Assembly (NCBI GenBank): GCA_965234775.1 | Contig: OZ248562.1 | Direction: 5' to 3' (one strand) | DNA length: 32,000 nucleotides | Source of the DNA: Burkholderiaceae bacterium | GTDB lineage: Bacteria; Pseudomonadota; Gammaproteobacteria; Burkholderiales; Burkholderiaceae_C | Shown: positions 1 through 8,776 of the stretch, piece by piece | Position numbering within the stretch: the stretch's first letter is position 1 | How the letters are laid out: every line of letters starts with the position of its first letter | Position numbers and translations under genes: made by a program | The notes under the pieces: model-generated | The model's input: the letters and a program-made list of their open reading frames with translations, nothing else | What the model was told of the DNA's origin: nothing | The model's database searches: none

Positions 1-158
1 ATTTCATGGGGATCCATACCTGAATGGCCATTGACTGAACCGGGAACATGGTCAAAAAACCTGTCAGTACGTTGACCCTTCTCATCAATGAAAGCAAGTT
101 CAGCGAAAAGTTTTGTCAACCCCATGCACGCCAAACACCTTGAACCAAACGCTGGTTG

Positions 159-180
159 AAAAATGCCAGAGGGCATTTTT
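159..180. terminator. A/T-flanked hairpin AAAAATGCC-N4-GGCATTTTT, possible bidirectional intrinsic terminator upstream of pilB
   Basis: Perfect 9-bp inverted repeat read at 159-167/172-180 with A-run and T-run flanks. The stem is GC-poor, so this is weak. Confidence 0.3.
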
Positions 181-348
181 GCAAGGGTCGACGGTGAAAA
201 ATCAAAACCATGGCCACAAGCTGTTCACCAGGTGCAAACCCTGCCCAGACGGCGCTTGTGCTTTTAATCTGTGCTGTAGAAAATGTTTCAAAAGGTGACC
301 AGCAGTTCTAAGGCGCCACTGACCACAACCGTCAGACGGGGGAATTGC

Positions 349-2073
349 ATGAGCGAGTTGCCAAATTCTGTTTCACGCGCACACACCGCGCCAAGCAGCC
401 ACCCGCAGGGCCTGACCAAAACCCGCCAAGTTTTGGCGCACCCGGTTTTGCAACTGCTGATCCAACACAAGCGCATCAACCCAGCGCAAGCCCAAGCCTT
501 GTCGGGTGAGGCTGGGCCCATGGTGCAGGCCTGTGTGCGCACTGGGTTCATCGATGCGGTGGCCCTGTGCCGCTTGCTGGCCAATGCCTACAAGTTGCCC
601 TGGCAGGATTTGGAAGAGATCAATCCGCGCAAAGTGCCGCGTCAATTGGTCGACTCCACACGTTGTCGACAGCTCTGGGCCATGCCCATCGAACGCAAAG
701 ACAACGCCGTGGTGGTGGCGATTGCCGACCCGTCTGACACCCTGGCGCGCCAATCCATGGAGCAGGCCTTGCGCAGCAAGGTGCAATGGGTGGTGGCCAA
801 TGTCGATCAGCTCGAGCGCATGCTGGATTTTTATCATCCGGCGTCACAGGCCCACGCGGTGAGCGAAGCCGCACCCGTAGAGCCCGAAGAAGATGGCGAT
901 GCGGTGGCCTATTGGCAGCGCATCTTGGCGCAAGCCGTGGCATGGCGGGCGTCTGACATCCACATCGAGTCGCTGGAAAACGGCTTTCAGGTGCGCTTGC
1001 GCGTCGATGGGCTGTTGCGACCCATACCCAGCGCGGCCGCTGATTTGCGCCTGCGCCTGCTGTCGCACATCAAGGTCTTGGCGCAAATGGACATTGCAGA
1101 AAAGCGCTTGCCGCAAGATGGCCGCATTGGCGCGGTGGTGCAAGGGCGGCGTTTTGATTTGAGGGTCAGCTCTTTGCCGACTTTGCATGGCGAGAAGTTG
1201 GTGGTGCGCCTTCTGGGCGATCAGCAACGACCCGCATTGGCGGCGCTCGGCTACGAGGCCGATGACTTGGCACACATCCACCAAGCACTGCGCCGAACGG
1301 GCGGCATGATCATCGTCACCGGTCCCACAGGGTCTGGCAAAACCCTGTCGCTGTACGCATGCTTGGACGTGCTCAACCAAGCCCACGTCAACATTGCCAG
1401 CATCGAAGACCCGTGTGAAATGGTGGTGCCAGGCATCAACCAAGTGAATGTGAATGAGCGCGCAGGCTTGGACTTTGCCACCGGTCTGCGGGCTTTTTTG
1501 CGGCAAGACCCGGATGTGTTGATGGTGGGCGAAATCCGCGACCGCACCACCGCCGGCATTGCCTTGCAAGCGGCACAAACCGGGCACCTGGTGCTGACCA
1601 CGCTGCACACCAACGACGCCCCGGGCGTGCTGTACCGTTTGATGCACATGGGTGTGGAAGCGTTTCAATTGGCTGCCAGCGTCCACCTGGTGACGGCGCA
1701 ACGCTTGGTGCGCCGTTTGTGCGCGCAATGCAAGCGACCCACCACCCTGGGCGCCGAGTTTGATCGGCTGGGCTTGGGCGCCGCGGCCATGACCCAGGCG
1801 GGTTTTGCCAGCGACCTTCAGCCCGACCGACCGATTTATCAACCGGTGGGTTGTGGTGCATGCCTGGAGGGCTTCATGGGGCGGGTCGGCATCTTTCAGG
1901 TCATGCCAGTGAGCACCTCCCTGGCGACGCTGCTGGTGCAAGCCCAAGACCTTCACACCCTGACGGCCCAAGCCCAACGCGAGGGCATGCGCACATTGCG
2001 CCAATCCGGTTGGCTCAAAGTTTTCAGCGGCGTCACCGCTGTGCAAGAGGTGTTGGGGGCCACCCATGTCTAG
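349..2073 (+). CDS. pilB: Type IV pilus assembly ATPase PilB (GspE/PilB secretion ATPase family)
   Basis: Walker A GPTGSGKT, Asp box IEDPCE, Walker B DPDVLMVGEIRD, His box TGHLVLTTLHTND, tetracysteine CAQCK...CGAC, and a GspE-N-like N-terminus. Start at 349 is preferred (GGGGGAA upstream); the ORF track start at 283 is an alternative. Confidence 0.9.
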   Translation: MSELPNSVSRAHTAPSSHPQGLTKTRQVLAHPVLQLLIQHKRINPAQAQALSGEAGPMVQACVRTGFIDAVALCRLLANAYKLPWQDLEEINPRKVPRQLVDSTRCRQLWAMPIERKDNAVVVAIADPSDTLARQSMEQALRSKVQWVVANVDQLERMLDFYHPASQAHAVSEAAPVEPEEDGDAVAYWQRILAQAVAWRASDIHIESLENGFQVRLRVDGLLRPIPSAAADLRLRLLSHIKVLAQMDIAEKRLPQDGRIGAVVQGRRFDLRVSSLPTLHGEKLVVRLLGDQQRPALAALGYEADDLAHIHQALRRTGGMIIVTGPTGSGKTLSLYACLDVLNQAHVNIASIEDPCEMVVPGINQVNVNERAGLDFATGLRAFLRQDPDVLMVGEIRDRTTAGIALQAAQTGHLVLTTLHTNDAPGVLYRLMHMGVEAFQLAASVHLVTAQRLVRRLCAQCKRPTTLGAEFDRLGLGAAAMTQAGFASDLQPDRPIYQPVGCGACLEGFMGRVGIFQVMPVSTSLATLLVQAQDLHTLTAQAQREGMRTLRQSGWLKVFSGVTAVQEVLGATHV

Positions 2074-3337
2074 GCCCCAGCCGCCTGCGCCACAGGCACC
2101 AGAACAACAGATTTGGTTTGTTTGGACGGGCCGCGATGCGCAGGGGCAAGACCAAAGCGGCCAAATGTCAGCCCTGCAACGCGCTGACATCGAAGCGCAT
2201 TTGCATGCGCAGCGCATCCGGCCCATCCGCATCCAGCGCAAGCGTCAGCCCCAAGCGCCCCGACCAGCGCGCGCCAAGGAGGTGGCCCGCTTCACCTGCC
2301 AACTGGCCACCTTGGTGCAAGCCGGCATTCCTTTGTTGAGCGCCTTGAAACTGCTGGACAACGCCACCGAACACCCGAGCATGCGCGCCGTTGCACAAGA
2401 TTTGATGGCCCAGGTGGAAAGTGGCGTGAGCCTGCACCAAGCCATGCAAACACACGCCTGCTTTGGGCCGGTTTATTTGGGGATGGTGGCGGCGGCCGAA
2501 GCATCGGGCCAGCTGGATGTGATTTTGGCTGAGCTGGCGCAAAGTTTGGACAGCGACCTGGGCCTGCGCGAGGCCTTGAAGTCGGCCCTGACCTATCCCC
2601 TGGCCGTGCTGGTGTTGTCGGTTGTGGTGTTGGCCATCATGCTGGCGTGGGTGGTGCCGGCCTTTGAAAGCATCTTCACCTCGATGGGTGCGGAGCTGCC
2701 CGCCCCCACACAAATGGTGTTGACCTTGAGCCGTTGGTGGGTGGCCCATGGTTGGACACTGACCGCCGCATTGATCGCGCTGGGGATGGCGCTGCGCCAT
2801 TGGCTGCGCCACCACCCCAAGGGGCAATGGACCCTGGCACAACTGGCCTTGGCTTTACCGATATGGGGGCAGTTGGTGCAACTTGCTTGTGTGTCGCGCT
2901 GGGCGCGCACGCTTTCCAGCTTGATGCAAGCCGGTGTCTCTTTGCCCGAGGCCTTGGACATCAGTGCAAAAGCCAGCGGCAATCTTTGCTATGAGAAAAG
3001 TTTGGCCTTGGTGCGCTCGGACGTGATGACCGGAACCGCCTTGGCCCACGCTTTGGAACACGGCAGCAGCTTGAACGCGGCAAGTTGGCGTGAGGGCTTA
3101 TACAGCCCGTTGTTCTCGCCCCAAGTGGTGCAAATGGTCGCGGTGGGCGAAGCCTCTGGCCGCTTGGATGACATGCTCATGCAAGTGGCACGCATGCACG
3201 AAGCACAGGTGCAATGGCTGCAAAAACGCATCGGTGTGCTGATGGAACCCACGGTGATCGTGGTCTTGGGCGTTTTGATTGGCGGCTTGGTGACGGCCTT
3301 GTACCTGCCCATTTTTCAGCTCGGCCAAGTGCTTTGA
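2066..3337 (+). CDS. pilC: Type IV pilus platform protein PilC (GspF family, polytopic membrane protein)
   Basis: Its start overlaps the pilB stop. Duplicated GspF-type domains with hydrophobic segments, typical C-terminus LPIFQL, and position directly after pilB. Confidence 0.9.
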   Translation: MSRPQPPAPQAPEQQIWFVWTGRDAQGQDQSGQMSALQRADIEAHLHAQRIRPIRIQRKRQPQAPRPARAKEVARFTCQLATLVQAGIPLLSALKLLDNATEHPSMRAVAQDLMAQVESGVSLHQAMQTHACFGPVYLGMVAAAEASGQLDVILAELAQSLDSDLGLREALKSALTYPLAVLVLSVVVLAIMLAWVVPAFESIFTSMGAELPAPTQMVLTLSRWWVAHGWTLTAALIALGMALRHWLRHHPKGQWTLAQLALALPIWGQLVQLACVSRWARTLSSLMQAGVSLPEALDISAKASGNLCYEKSLALVRSDVMTGTALAHALEHGSSLNAASWREGLYSPLFSPQVVQMVAVGEASGRLDDMLMQVARMHEAQVQWLQKRIGVLMEPTVIVVLGVLIGGLVTALYLPIFQLGQVL

Positions 3338-3358
3338 GGGCTGCATTAGACTGCGCGC

Positions 3359-3991
3359 ATGGACAAAGTGTGGCGCATTGGTTTGACGGGCGGCATTGGC
3401 AGCGGCAAAAGCACCGCCGCCCAAGTGCTGGCCCAATTGGGTGCCGCTGTGATCGATGCCGATGCTGTGGCCCGCTCGGTCACCGCCCCGGGTGGCCCCG
3501 CCATGGCACCTTTGCGTGCGGCCTTTGGCGACGCGGTGATCGATGCCCAAGGCGGCCTGGACCGACAACACATGCGCGAGCTGGCCTTCAGCGATGCCAA
3601 AGCCAAAGCACAACTGGAAGCCATCGTCCACCCCTTGGTCAAGGCAGCAATCGACGGACAAGCGCAGTCGGCCCTGGACGCTGGATCCCGGGTGCTGGTG
3701 TTTGACATCCCTTTGCTGGTGGAGTCGGGGCGCTGGCGCGAGCGGGTGGATGGGGTGTTGGTGATCGATTGCAGCGAAGACACCCAAATCGCCCGGGTCC
3801 AAGCGCGCAATGGCTGGCCGCGAGCGCAAATTCTTGCGGTCATTCAAGCCCAGGCCACGCGGGCCCAAAGGCAGGCCGCGGCCGATTGGCTGATCCTCAA
3901 TGAGGGCCTGGGGCTGGATGCCTTTGAAGCAGCGGTGGCCCAACTCGCCCGCCAGTGGGGCTTGCCCACCCCAGGACGGGATTCGGCGTGA
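3359..3991 (+). CDS. coaE: Dephospho-CoA kinase
   Basis: N-terminal P-loop IGLTGGIGSGKST, ~210 aa, and the conserved position after the pil genes and before zapD. Confidence 0.9.
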   Translation: MDKVWRIGLTGGIGSGKSTAAQVLAQLGAAVIDADAVARSVTAPGGPAMAPLRAAFGDAVIDAQGGLDRQHMRELAFSDAKAKAQLEAIVHPLVKAAIDGQAQSALDAGSRVLVFDIPLLVESGRWRERVDGVLVIDCSEDTQIARVQARNGWPRAQILAVIQAQATRAQRQAAADWLILNEGLGLDAFEAAVAQLARQWGLPTPGRDSA

Positions 3992-4083
3992 CCGAAATGC
4001 GCCCGCGCCACTGAAAAACAGCGGCCAGGGCCCCATTTGGCCCTGTCGGACAAGGTTATGATTGCGCCTGGAAATGACGCGCA

Positions 4084-4836
4084 GTGATCCTCTACGAGCA
4101 CCCCTTCAACGAAAGAGTCCGCACCTACTTGCGGCTGGAGCATTTGTTCCATCGTTTCGACGAATTGATCACCCGTGAGTCCGCCGTTGACCACCACTTT
4201 GCCCTGACCACCTTGTTTGAACTGGTGGATGTGGGCGGCCGGGCCGACCTCAAAACCGAGGTGCTCAAAGACCTGGAAAAAAATCGCCAGCAGTTTTTAT
4301 CCTATCGGGGCAACCCCTCGGTATCTGAAGGGGCATTGAACGAAGTCATCGCCGAACTCGATATGCACCTGGAGTTGCTCAAGTCGTTGTCGGGGCGCAT
4401 CGGTCAAGCGGTGACCGACAACGAATGGTTGTCGAGTTTGCGCAACCGCTCCAGCATCCCAGGTGGCACCTGTGGCTTTGACTTGCCCTTCTACCATGCG
4501 TGGCAGCAACACCCGAGCGCACAACGCTGTCAGGACCTGCGCCAATGGGGTGAGAGCCTGCGCCCCTTGCAAAATGCCGTTAACTTGTTGCTGCGCTTGT
4601 TGCGCGACAACGGCATGACCCAAAAAGTGGTGGCTGCTGCGGGCCAGTTTCAGCAAGCCCTGCCCCAAGGACGCTTTCAGCTGATGCGCTTGCGCTTAGA
4701 CGCGCAACATGGCCTGATCCCTGAAATCAGCGGCAATCGTTTGATGATTTGGGTGCGCATGATGAAGGCCGATGAGGCCGGTCGCATGCAAGCAAGCAAC
4801 CAAGACGTCACCTTCGAAGTGGCCTTGTGCGTCTGA
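4084..4836 (+). CDS. zapD: Cell division protein ZapD (DUF1342 family)
   Basis: N-terminus ILYEHPFNERVRTYLRLEHLF is characteristic of ZapD. GTG start. Conserved coaE-zapD-yacG order. Confidence 0.85.
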   Translation: MILYEHPFNERVRTYLRLEHLFHRFDELITRESAVDHHFALTTLFELVDVGGRADLKTEVLKDLEKNRQQFLSYRGNPSVSEGALNEVIAELDMHLELLKSLSGRIGQAVTDNEWLSSLRNRSSIPGGTCGFDLPFYHAWQQHPSAQRCQDLRQWGESLRPLQNAVNLLLRLLRDNGMTQKVVAAAGQFQQALPQGRFQLMRLRLDAQHGLIPEISGNRLMIWVRMMKADEAGRMQASNQDVTFEVALCV

Positions 4837-4887
4837 GCCCGTCAACGGCGCATTGACTCAGGCATTCAGGCAGACGTTCGGCACAGC

Positions 4888-5100
4888 ATGGGGATGGAAT
4901 CACGCACCGTCAGATGCCCGGGATGCGGCGGGGACAGTTTGTATGCCCCGTCCAACCCCTACCGGCCTTTTTGCTCCAAGGCCTGTAAAAACCACGACTT
5001 CGGCGCCTGGGCCAGCGAGCAACATCGCCTGCCTGACGACACCCCCAGCGACGATTTCGACAACCCCAGCAACTTGCCCGCACCACCCTTGCCCCAGTGA
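4888..5100 (+). CDS. yacG: DNA gyrase inhibitor YacG (zinc finger)
   Basis: CPGCG...PFCSKACKNHDFGAW zinc-ribbon signature, small size, follows zapD. Confidence 0.85.
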   Translation: MGMESRTVRCPGCGGDSLYAPSNPYRPFCSKACKNHDFGAWASEQHRLPDDTPSDDFDNPSNLPAPPLPQ

Positions 5101-5113
5101 GCCGTGGCAACGC

Positions 5114-5584
5114 CTACCCCTGGTGGGTCGGCCCAAGGTGGGAACGTTCTTCGGCCAACCACTGCAGCACAGGCAGCGTGCCAGGCAACACCGGGGCCAC
5201 TTGCACGGGCAAGGACTGCCATGCAAAGGTTTGCCCCTCGCGCATTTGCATCTCTCCTTGCCAGGCCCAGACTTTGCAAAAGTTGAGTTGCACCCAGGCA
5301 TGGGGGTAGTCCACTTGGGTGCTGCGCCAGGCCTCAACCTGGCTGATGCGGATGCCCAGTTCTTCTTCCAACTCACGGCCCAGCGCCTGCGCCACGCTTT
5401 CGCCGGCCTCCAGCTTGCCCCCTGGGAACTCCCAGTAGCCCGCGTACACCTTGTCAGGCGGGCGTGAGGTGAGCAAAAAAAGGCCGTCGGCTTTGATCAG
5501 CACACCCACGGCCACTTGCACCAAAGGCCGCTCGGGCCCACCTTCACGGGCCAGCGATGCGTCGGCCACCAAGGGGGATGTCAC
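5114..5584 (-). CDS. mutT: NUDIX hydrolase, MutT-like 8-oxo-dGTP diphosphatase
   Basis: Nudix box GGKLEAGESVAQALGRELEEELGI. Preferred start is the GTG at 5584, which forms a GTGA overlap with the stop of the upstream ATPase gene. The track ATG at 5674 would overlap that gene by ~90 nt. Confidence 0.8.
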   Translation of the reverse strand: MTSPLVADASLAREGGPERPLVQVAVGVLIKADGLFLLTSRPPDKVYAGYWEFPGGKLEAGESVAQALGRELEEELGIRISQVEAWRSTQVDYPHAWVQLNFCKVWAWQGEMQMREGQTFAWQSLPVQVAPVLPGTLPVLQWLAEERSHLGPTHQG

Positions 5585-6465
5585 GCCGCGCTGCGCCCCA
5601 CGTGGTGACCCGCAAAGTCGCGGGCAAATTGGTGCGCCACACGGCCGCTGCGCGACCCGCGCTCGAGCGCCCACACCAAGGCCTGGGGTCGCGCCGCCTC
5701 AAACAGCGCAGGCGACACGCCCAGAGCGGACAACCATTGGGTCACGATGGTGAGGTACTCGTCTTGGGTGAATGGATAAAAACTCACCCACAAACCGAAA
5801 CGCTCGGACAGGGAGATTTTTTCTTCAATCACCTCACCTGGGTGCACTTCACCGTCTTCGGTGTGGGTGTAGCTGAGGTTGTCTTTCATGTACTCGGGCA
5901 GCAAATGGCGGCGGTTGCTGGTGGCGTAAATCAACACATTGGGAGACGCCGCCGAGACGGTGCCGTCCAAAATGGACTTGAGGGCTTTGTAGCCGGACTC
6001 GCCATCTTCAAAGCTCAGGTCATCGCAATAGATGATGAATTTTTCGGGGCGGTGGGCGACCAGGTCCATGATGTCGGGCAAATCCGTGAGGTCGGCTTTG
6101 TCGACTTCGATCAGGCGCAGGCCTTGGGGCGCATAGTGGTTCAAGCAGGCTTTGATCAGTGACGATTTGCCCGTGCCCCGTGCCCCCGTGAGCAGCACAT
6201 TGTTGGCCGACAAACCTTGCACAAACTGCTCGGTGTTTTGCTGGATTTTTTCTTTTTGCGGCTCGATCTCTTTGAGGTCTTCCAGCCTCAAAGGGGCGAC
6301 ATGCGCCACCGGCTCCAAGGCACCATGGCCACTGGCCCGTTTGCGGTAGCGAAAGGCGACGCTGGCCGACCAATCGGGCGCCGACAAGGGGCGGGGAAGG
6401 ACCAACTCCACCCGGTCCATCAAGGCGTGCAAACGCTCGACCAGGGCATCAAATTTATCGTTCAT
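5581..6465 (-). CDS. AAA-type ATP-binding protein, DUF815/COG2607 family
   Basis: Walker A LLTGARGTGKSS and Walker B IIYCDDLSFE. Start taken at MNDKFD (6465), downstream of the argJ stop; the longer track ORF overlaps argJ. Confidence 0.8.
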   Translation of the reverse strand: MNDKFDALVERLHALMDRVELVLPRPLSAPDWSASVAFRYRKRASGHGALEPVAHVAPLRLEDLKEIEPQKEKIQQNTEQFVQGLSANNVLLTGARGTGKSSLIKACLNHYAPQGLRLIEVDKADLTDLPDIMDLVAHRPEKFIIYCDDLSFEDGESGYKALKSILDGTVSAASPNVLIYATSNRRHLLPEYMKDNLSYTHTEDGEVHPGEVIEEKISLSERFGLWVSFYPFTQDEYLTIVTQWLSALGVSPALFEAARPQALVWALERGSRSGRVAHQFARDFAGHHVGRSAA

Positions 6466-6477
6466 GAAAAGGCGCTC

Positions 6478-6499
6478 GTAAAAACCTGCAGCTTGCAGG
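6478..6499 (-). terminator. Weak intrinsic terminator after argJ
   Basis: On the minus strand, CCTGCA-AGC-TGCAGG (6485-6499) lies directly after the argJ stop and is followed by a TTTTTA run. Confidence 0.4.
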
Positions 6500-6502
6500 C
6501 GC

Positions 6503-7732
6503 TCAACTTCTGTAGTCGGCGTTGATGGTGACGTACTCGTGGCTGAAGTCACAGGTCCACACGGTGTCGGTGGCTGGACCGCGACCCAGCACCACCCGCA
6601 CCGTGATTTCGGATTGCTTCATGATGCGCTGGCCATCGGCTTCTTGGTAACTGGGGCTGCGCCCGCCGTTCACGGCCACTTGCACATCGTCCAGATACAA
6701 ATCAATGTGGGCTTGGTCCAAATCAGCTATACCGGCATAGCCCACCGCCGCCAAGATGCGGCCCAAATTCGGGTCGCTGGCAAAAAATGCGGTTTTCACC
6801 AAGGGCGAATGGGCAATGGCATAAGCCACTTGGCGGCATTCGGCCGCATCGCGCCCACCCTCGACGGTGACGGTGATGAATTTGGTCGCCCCCTCGCCAT
6901 CGCGCACGATGGCCTGGGCCAATTGGCGTGACACCTGCATCAAAACGCTGCGCAAGGCCTGGCCATCGGTTGAAGCCCAATCGGTGACCGTCGGGTGCTT
7001 GGCCTGCTGGGTGGCCATGACGATGAAAGAGTCGTTGGTCGAAGTATCGCCATCGACCGTTATGCGGTTGAACGACGCCTCGGCCAAATCATGGGCCAGT
7101 GCGTCCATCAAACCAGGGGCAATGCAGGCATCGGTGGCCACAAAGCCCAGCATGGTGGCCATGTTGGGGCGAATCATGCCGGCGCCCTTGCTGATGCCCG
7201 TGACCGTCACCGGCACACCCGACAGCATGACCTGCACGGAAAAGGCCTTGGCCACGGTGTCGGTGGTCATGATGCCGTGCGAGGCTTGCAACCAGTGGTC
7301 GGCATGGGCCGCCGCGATGGCAGCGGGCAAACCGGCCACGATGCGCTCGTGGGGCAGCGGTTCCATGATGACGCCGGTGGAAAACGGCAGAACCTGTTGC
7401 GGGTTGATGTGGAGCTGCTCGGCCAAAGCTGAGCACACCGCTTGGGCATCCAACAAACCTTGCGCACCGGTGCCTGCGTTGGCCACCCCAGTGTTGATCA
7501 CCAGCGCCCGGATGCCTTGCCCACTGGCCAAATGCGATCGGCACAACTGCACAGGCGCGGCACAAAAACGGTTTTGGGTGAACACACCGGCCACGGCAGC
7601 GCCAGGGTCGAGCAAAAACACGGTGAGGTCTTTGCGGTTGGCTTTGCGCACGCCAGCCTCGACGACCCCAATGCGCAAACCAGCCACCGGATGCAAATCA
7701 CCGGCCTGGGGGGGCAATAAATTCACAGCCAT
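6503..7732 (-). CDS. argJ: Bifunctional ornithine acetyltransferase / N-acetylglutamate synthase ArgJ
   Basis: Full-length ArgJ-like sequence with the autoprocessing site [14 protein letters not shown] and the C-terminus [12 protein letters not shown]. Confidence 0.95.
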   Translation of the reverse strand: MAVNLLPPQAGDLHPVAGLRIGVVEAGVRKANRKDLTVFLLDPGAAVAGVFTQNRFCAAPVQLCRSHLASGQGIRALVINTGVANAGTGAQGLLDAQAVCSALAEQLHINPQQVLPFSTGVIMEPLPHERIVAGLPAAIAAAHADHWLQASHGIMTTDTVAKAFSVQVMLSGVPVTVTGISKGAGMIRPNMATMLGFVATDACIAPGLMDALAHDLAEASFNRITVDGDTSTNDSFIVMATQQAKHPTVTDWASTDGQALRSVLMQVSRQLAQAIVRDGEGATKFITVTVEGGRDAAECRQVAYAIAHSPLVKTAFFASDPNLGRILAAVGYAGIADLDQAHIDLYLDDVQVAVNGGRSPSYQEADGQRIMKQSEITVRVVLGRGPATDTVWTCDFSHEYVTINADYRS

Positions 7733-7740
7733 TGTTTCAA

Positions 7741-7769
7741 GCCAGCTTGCCGTGGCAGTTTTTGAATTT
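7741..7769. repeat. Left direct repeat (att site) of the secA-inserted island; fossil copy of the secA 3' end
   Basis: GCCAGCTTGCCGTGGCAGTTTTTGAATTT is identical to 14463-14491. On the minus strand it encodes KFKNCHGKL plus the first two bases of the final Ala codon, followed by the third Ala base and TGA (7737-7739), then 4 nt and the argJ ATG. Confidence 0.9.
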
Positions 7770-8039
7770 CCACGGACTAAAGATTGGGCATTGATTTATA
7801 TAGATTTTTTTTGATAAAAAACAAGTATAAAACATTTGTCTAACAATCCACTAAAGTTGCCATAGCTTAATCATAGCGTGATTTGGGGTTGCACTGTGAC
7901 CATAGCTACGCTAAAGAATTACTATTCTCAATCAATAATCAGACACAAGATGAGTATAACTTTTCTGTGTTTTATTGATTTTTTGACATGATTTTTAAAC
8001 AGGAAATCAATCATTAAATCAACAGCTTAATAGGATTAG

Positions 8040-8056
8040 ATTGCACAGAGTGCAAT
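8040..8056. promoter_or_regulatory. Perfect palindrome ATTGCAC-AGA-GTGCAAT upstream of the HNH endonuclease gene (candidate operator)
   Basis: 7-bp arms read directly. It lies ~75 nt upstream of the ATG at 8132 and downstream of a TTGACA hexamer at 7983-7988. Confidence 0.35.
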
Positions 8057-8131
8057 ACGACATAAAACAAATACACACAAAGAAAGACTAATGAATTAGA
8101 ATTTACTACCTACATTGCTTTTGGTTAGCAT

Positions 8132-8776
8132 ATGCAAAACGATTTCGACGCATTCATTTCACACTTAAATCTTAGCGAAGTCAAGCTTAAAATGCTTAAG
8201 AGACTGTGGAATAGTGGAAATATTTTCCCAAAAGATTGGGTTAGAAGTAGTGAATTGTTAACCTTAACAAATCAGAAATATTTTGACCGACGACTACGAG
8301 AACTGAGAGACAGAGGTGGATTAGATTTGGAAACAAAGCAGATTAATGGCGAACATTGCTGGAGACTAAATTCCAATAATATTTCAAAAATCATCAATAG
8401 AACTTACTTAACAGCAAAACAAAAGATAGAAATGTTTGAACAAGCAAAACACACTTGTTCCATCTGCGGAAAATTTAGTTTAGCTGGAGTACGTGGACTC
8501 CAAGCAGATCATAGAGTTCCACTAACTCGAGGTGGAAGTGAAGAGCTTAGAAATTGGCAACCTATATGCAATGAATGCAATGTTGTCAAACGCAGACAAT
8601 GCCAAGACTGCACCTTAAATTGCGAAACTTGCAGTTGGGCTTATCCCGAAAAATCAAGCAAAAAATTGTTGATAAACATACCAAAAAATTTATCTCAAAA
8701 TCCCAAAATTAACCAACTAAATGACGAACAACTAGAAGCATTTTTTGTCCAATTACTTCGTAAAGATTTAGACTAA
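8132..8776 (+). CDS. HNH (His-Me finger) endonuclease, putative Type II restriction enzyme partner of the adjacent m5C methyltransferase
   Basis: C-terminal CSICG...ADHRVPLTRGG...NWQPICNECN...CQDC..CETC gives an HNH motif with CxxC zinc ligands. The N-terminal ~100 aa resemble a DNA-binding or winged-helix module (inference). Convergent with the MTase gene and overlapping it by 9 nt. Confidence 0.7.
   Translation: MQNDFDAFISHLNLSEVKLKMLKRLWNSGNIFPKDWVRSSELLTLTNQKYFDRRLRELRDRGGLDLETKQINGEHCWRLNSNNISKIINRTYLTAKQKIEMFEQAKHTCSICGKFSLAGVRGLQADHRVPLTRGGSEELRNWQPICNECNVVKRRQCQDCTLNCETCSWAYPEKSSKKLLINIPKNLSQNPKINQLNDEQLEAFFVQLLRKDLD

Noticed and set aside
1-298. A 61-aa TTG-start ORF (113-298), plus a possible gene end at 1-75 (+) or a gene start near 90 (-)
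   Set aside because: The 61-aa ORF has no RBS or motifs and overlaps the pilB leader. The fragments at the window edge are too short to call. The region is only noted as intergenic, with a hairpin at 159-180.
844-2241. 465-aa ORF on the minus strand across pilB
   Set aside because: It is antisense to a clearly motif-bearing pilB. Its Arg/Gly/His/Gln-rich composition is typical of spurious antisense frames in GC-rich DNA, and it has no motifs.
3098-4036. 312-aa minus-strand ORF across coaE and the end of pilC
   Set aside because: It is antisense to coaE (P-loop clearly in the + frame) and has no recognisable motifs.
6867-7814. 315-aa plus-strand ORF across argJ extending into the island's left edge
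   Set aside because: It is antisense to argJ. It crosses the att repeat and the composition boundary, which a real gene would not be expected to do.
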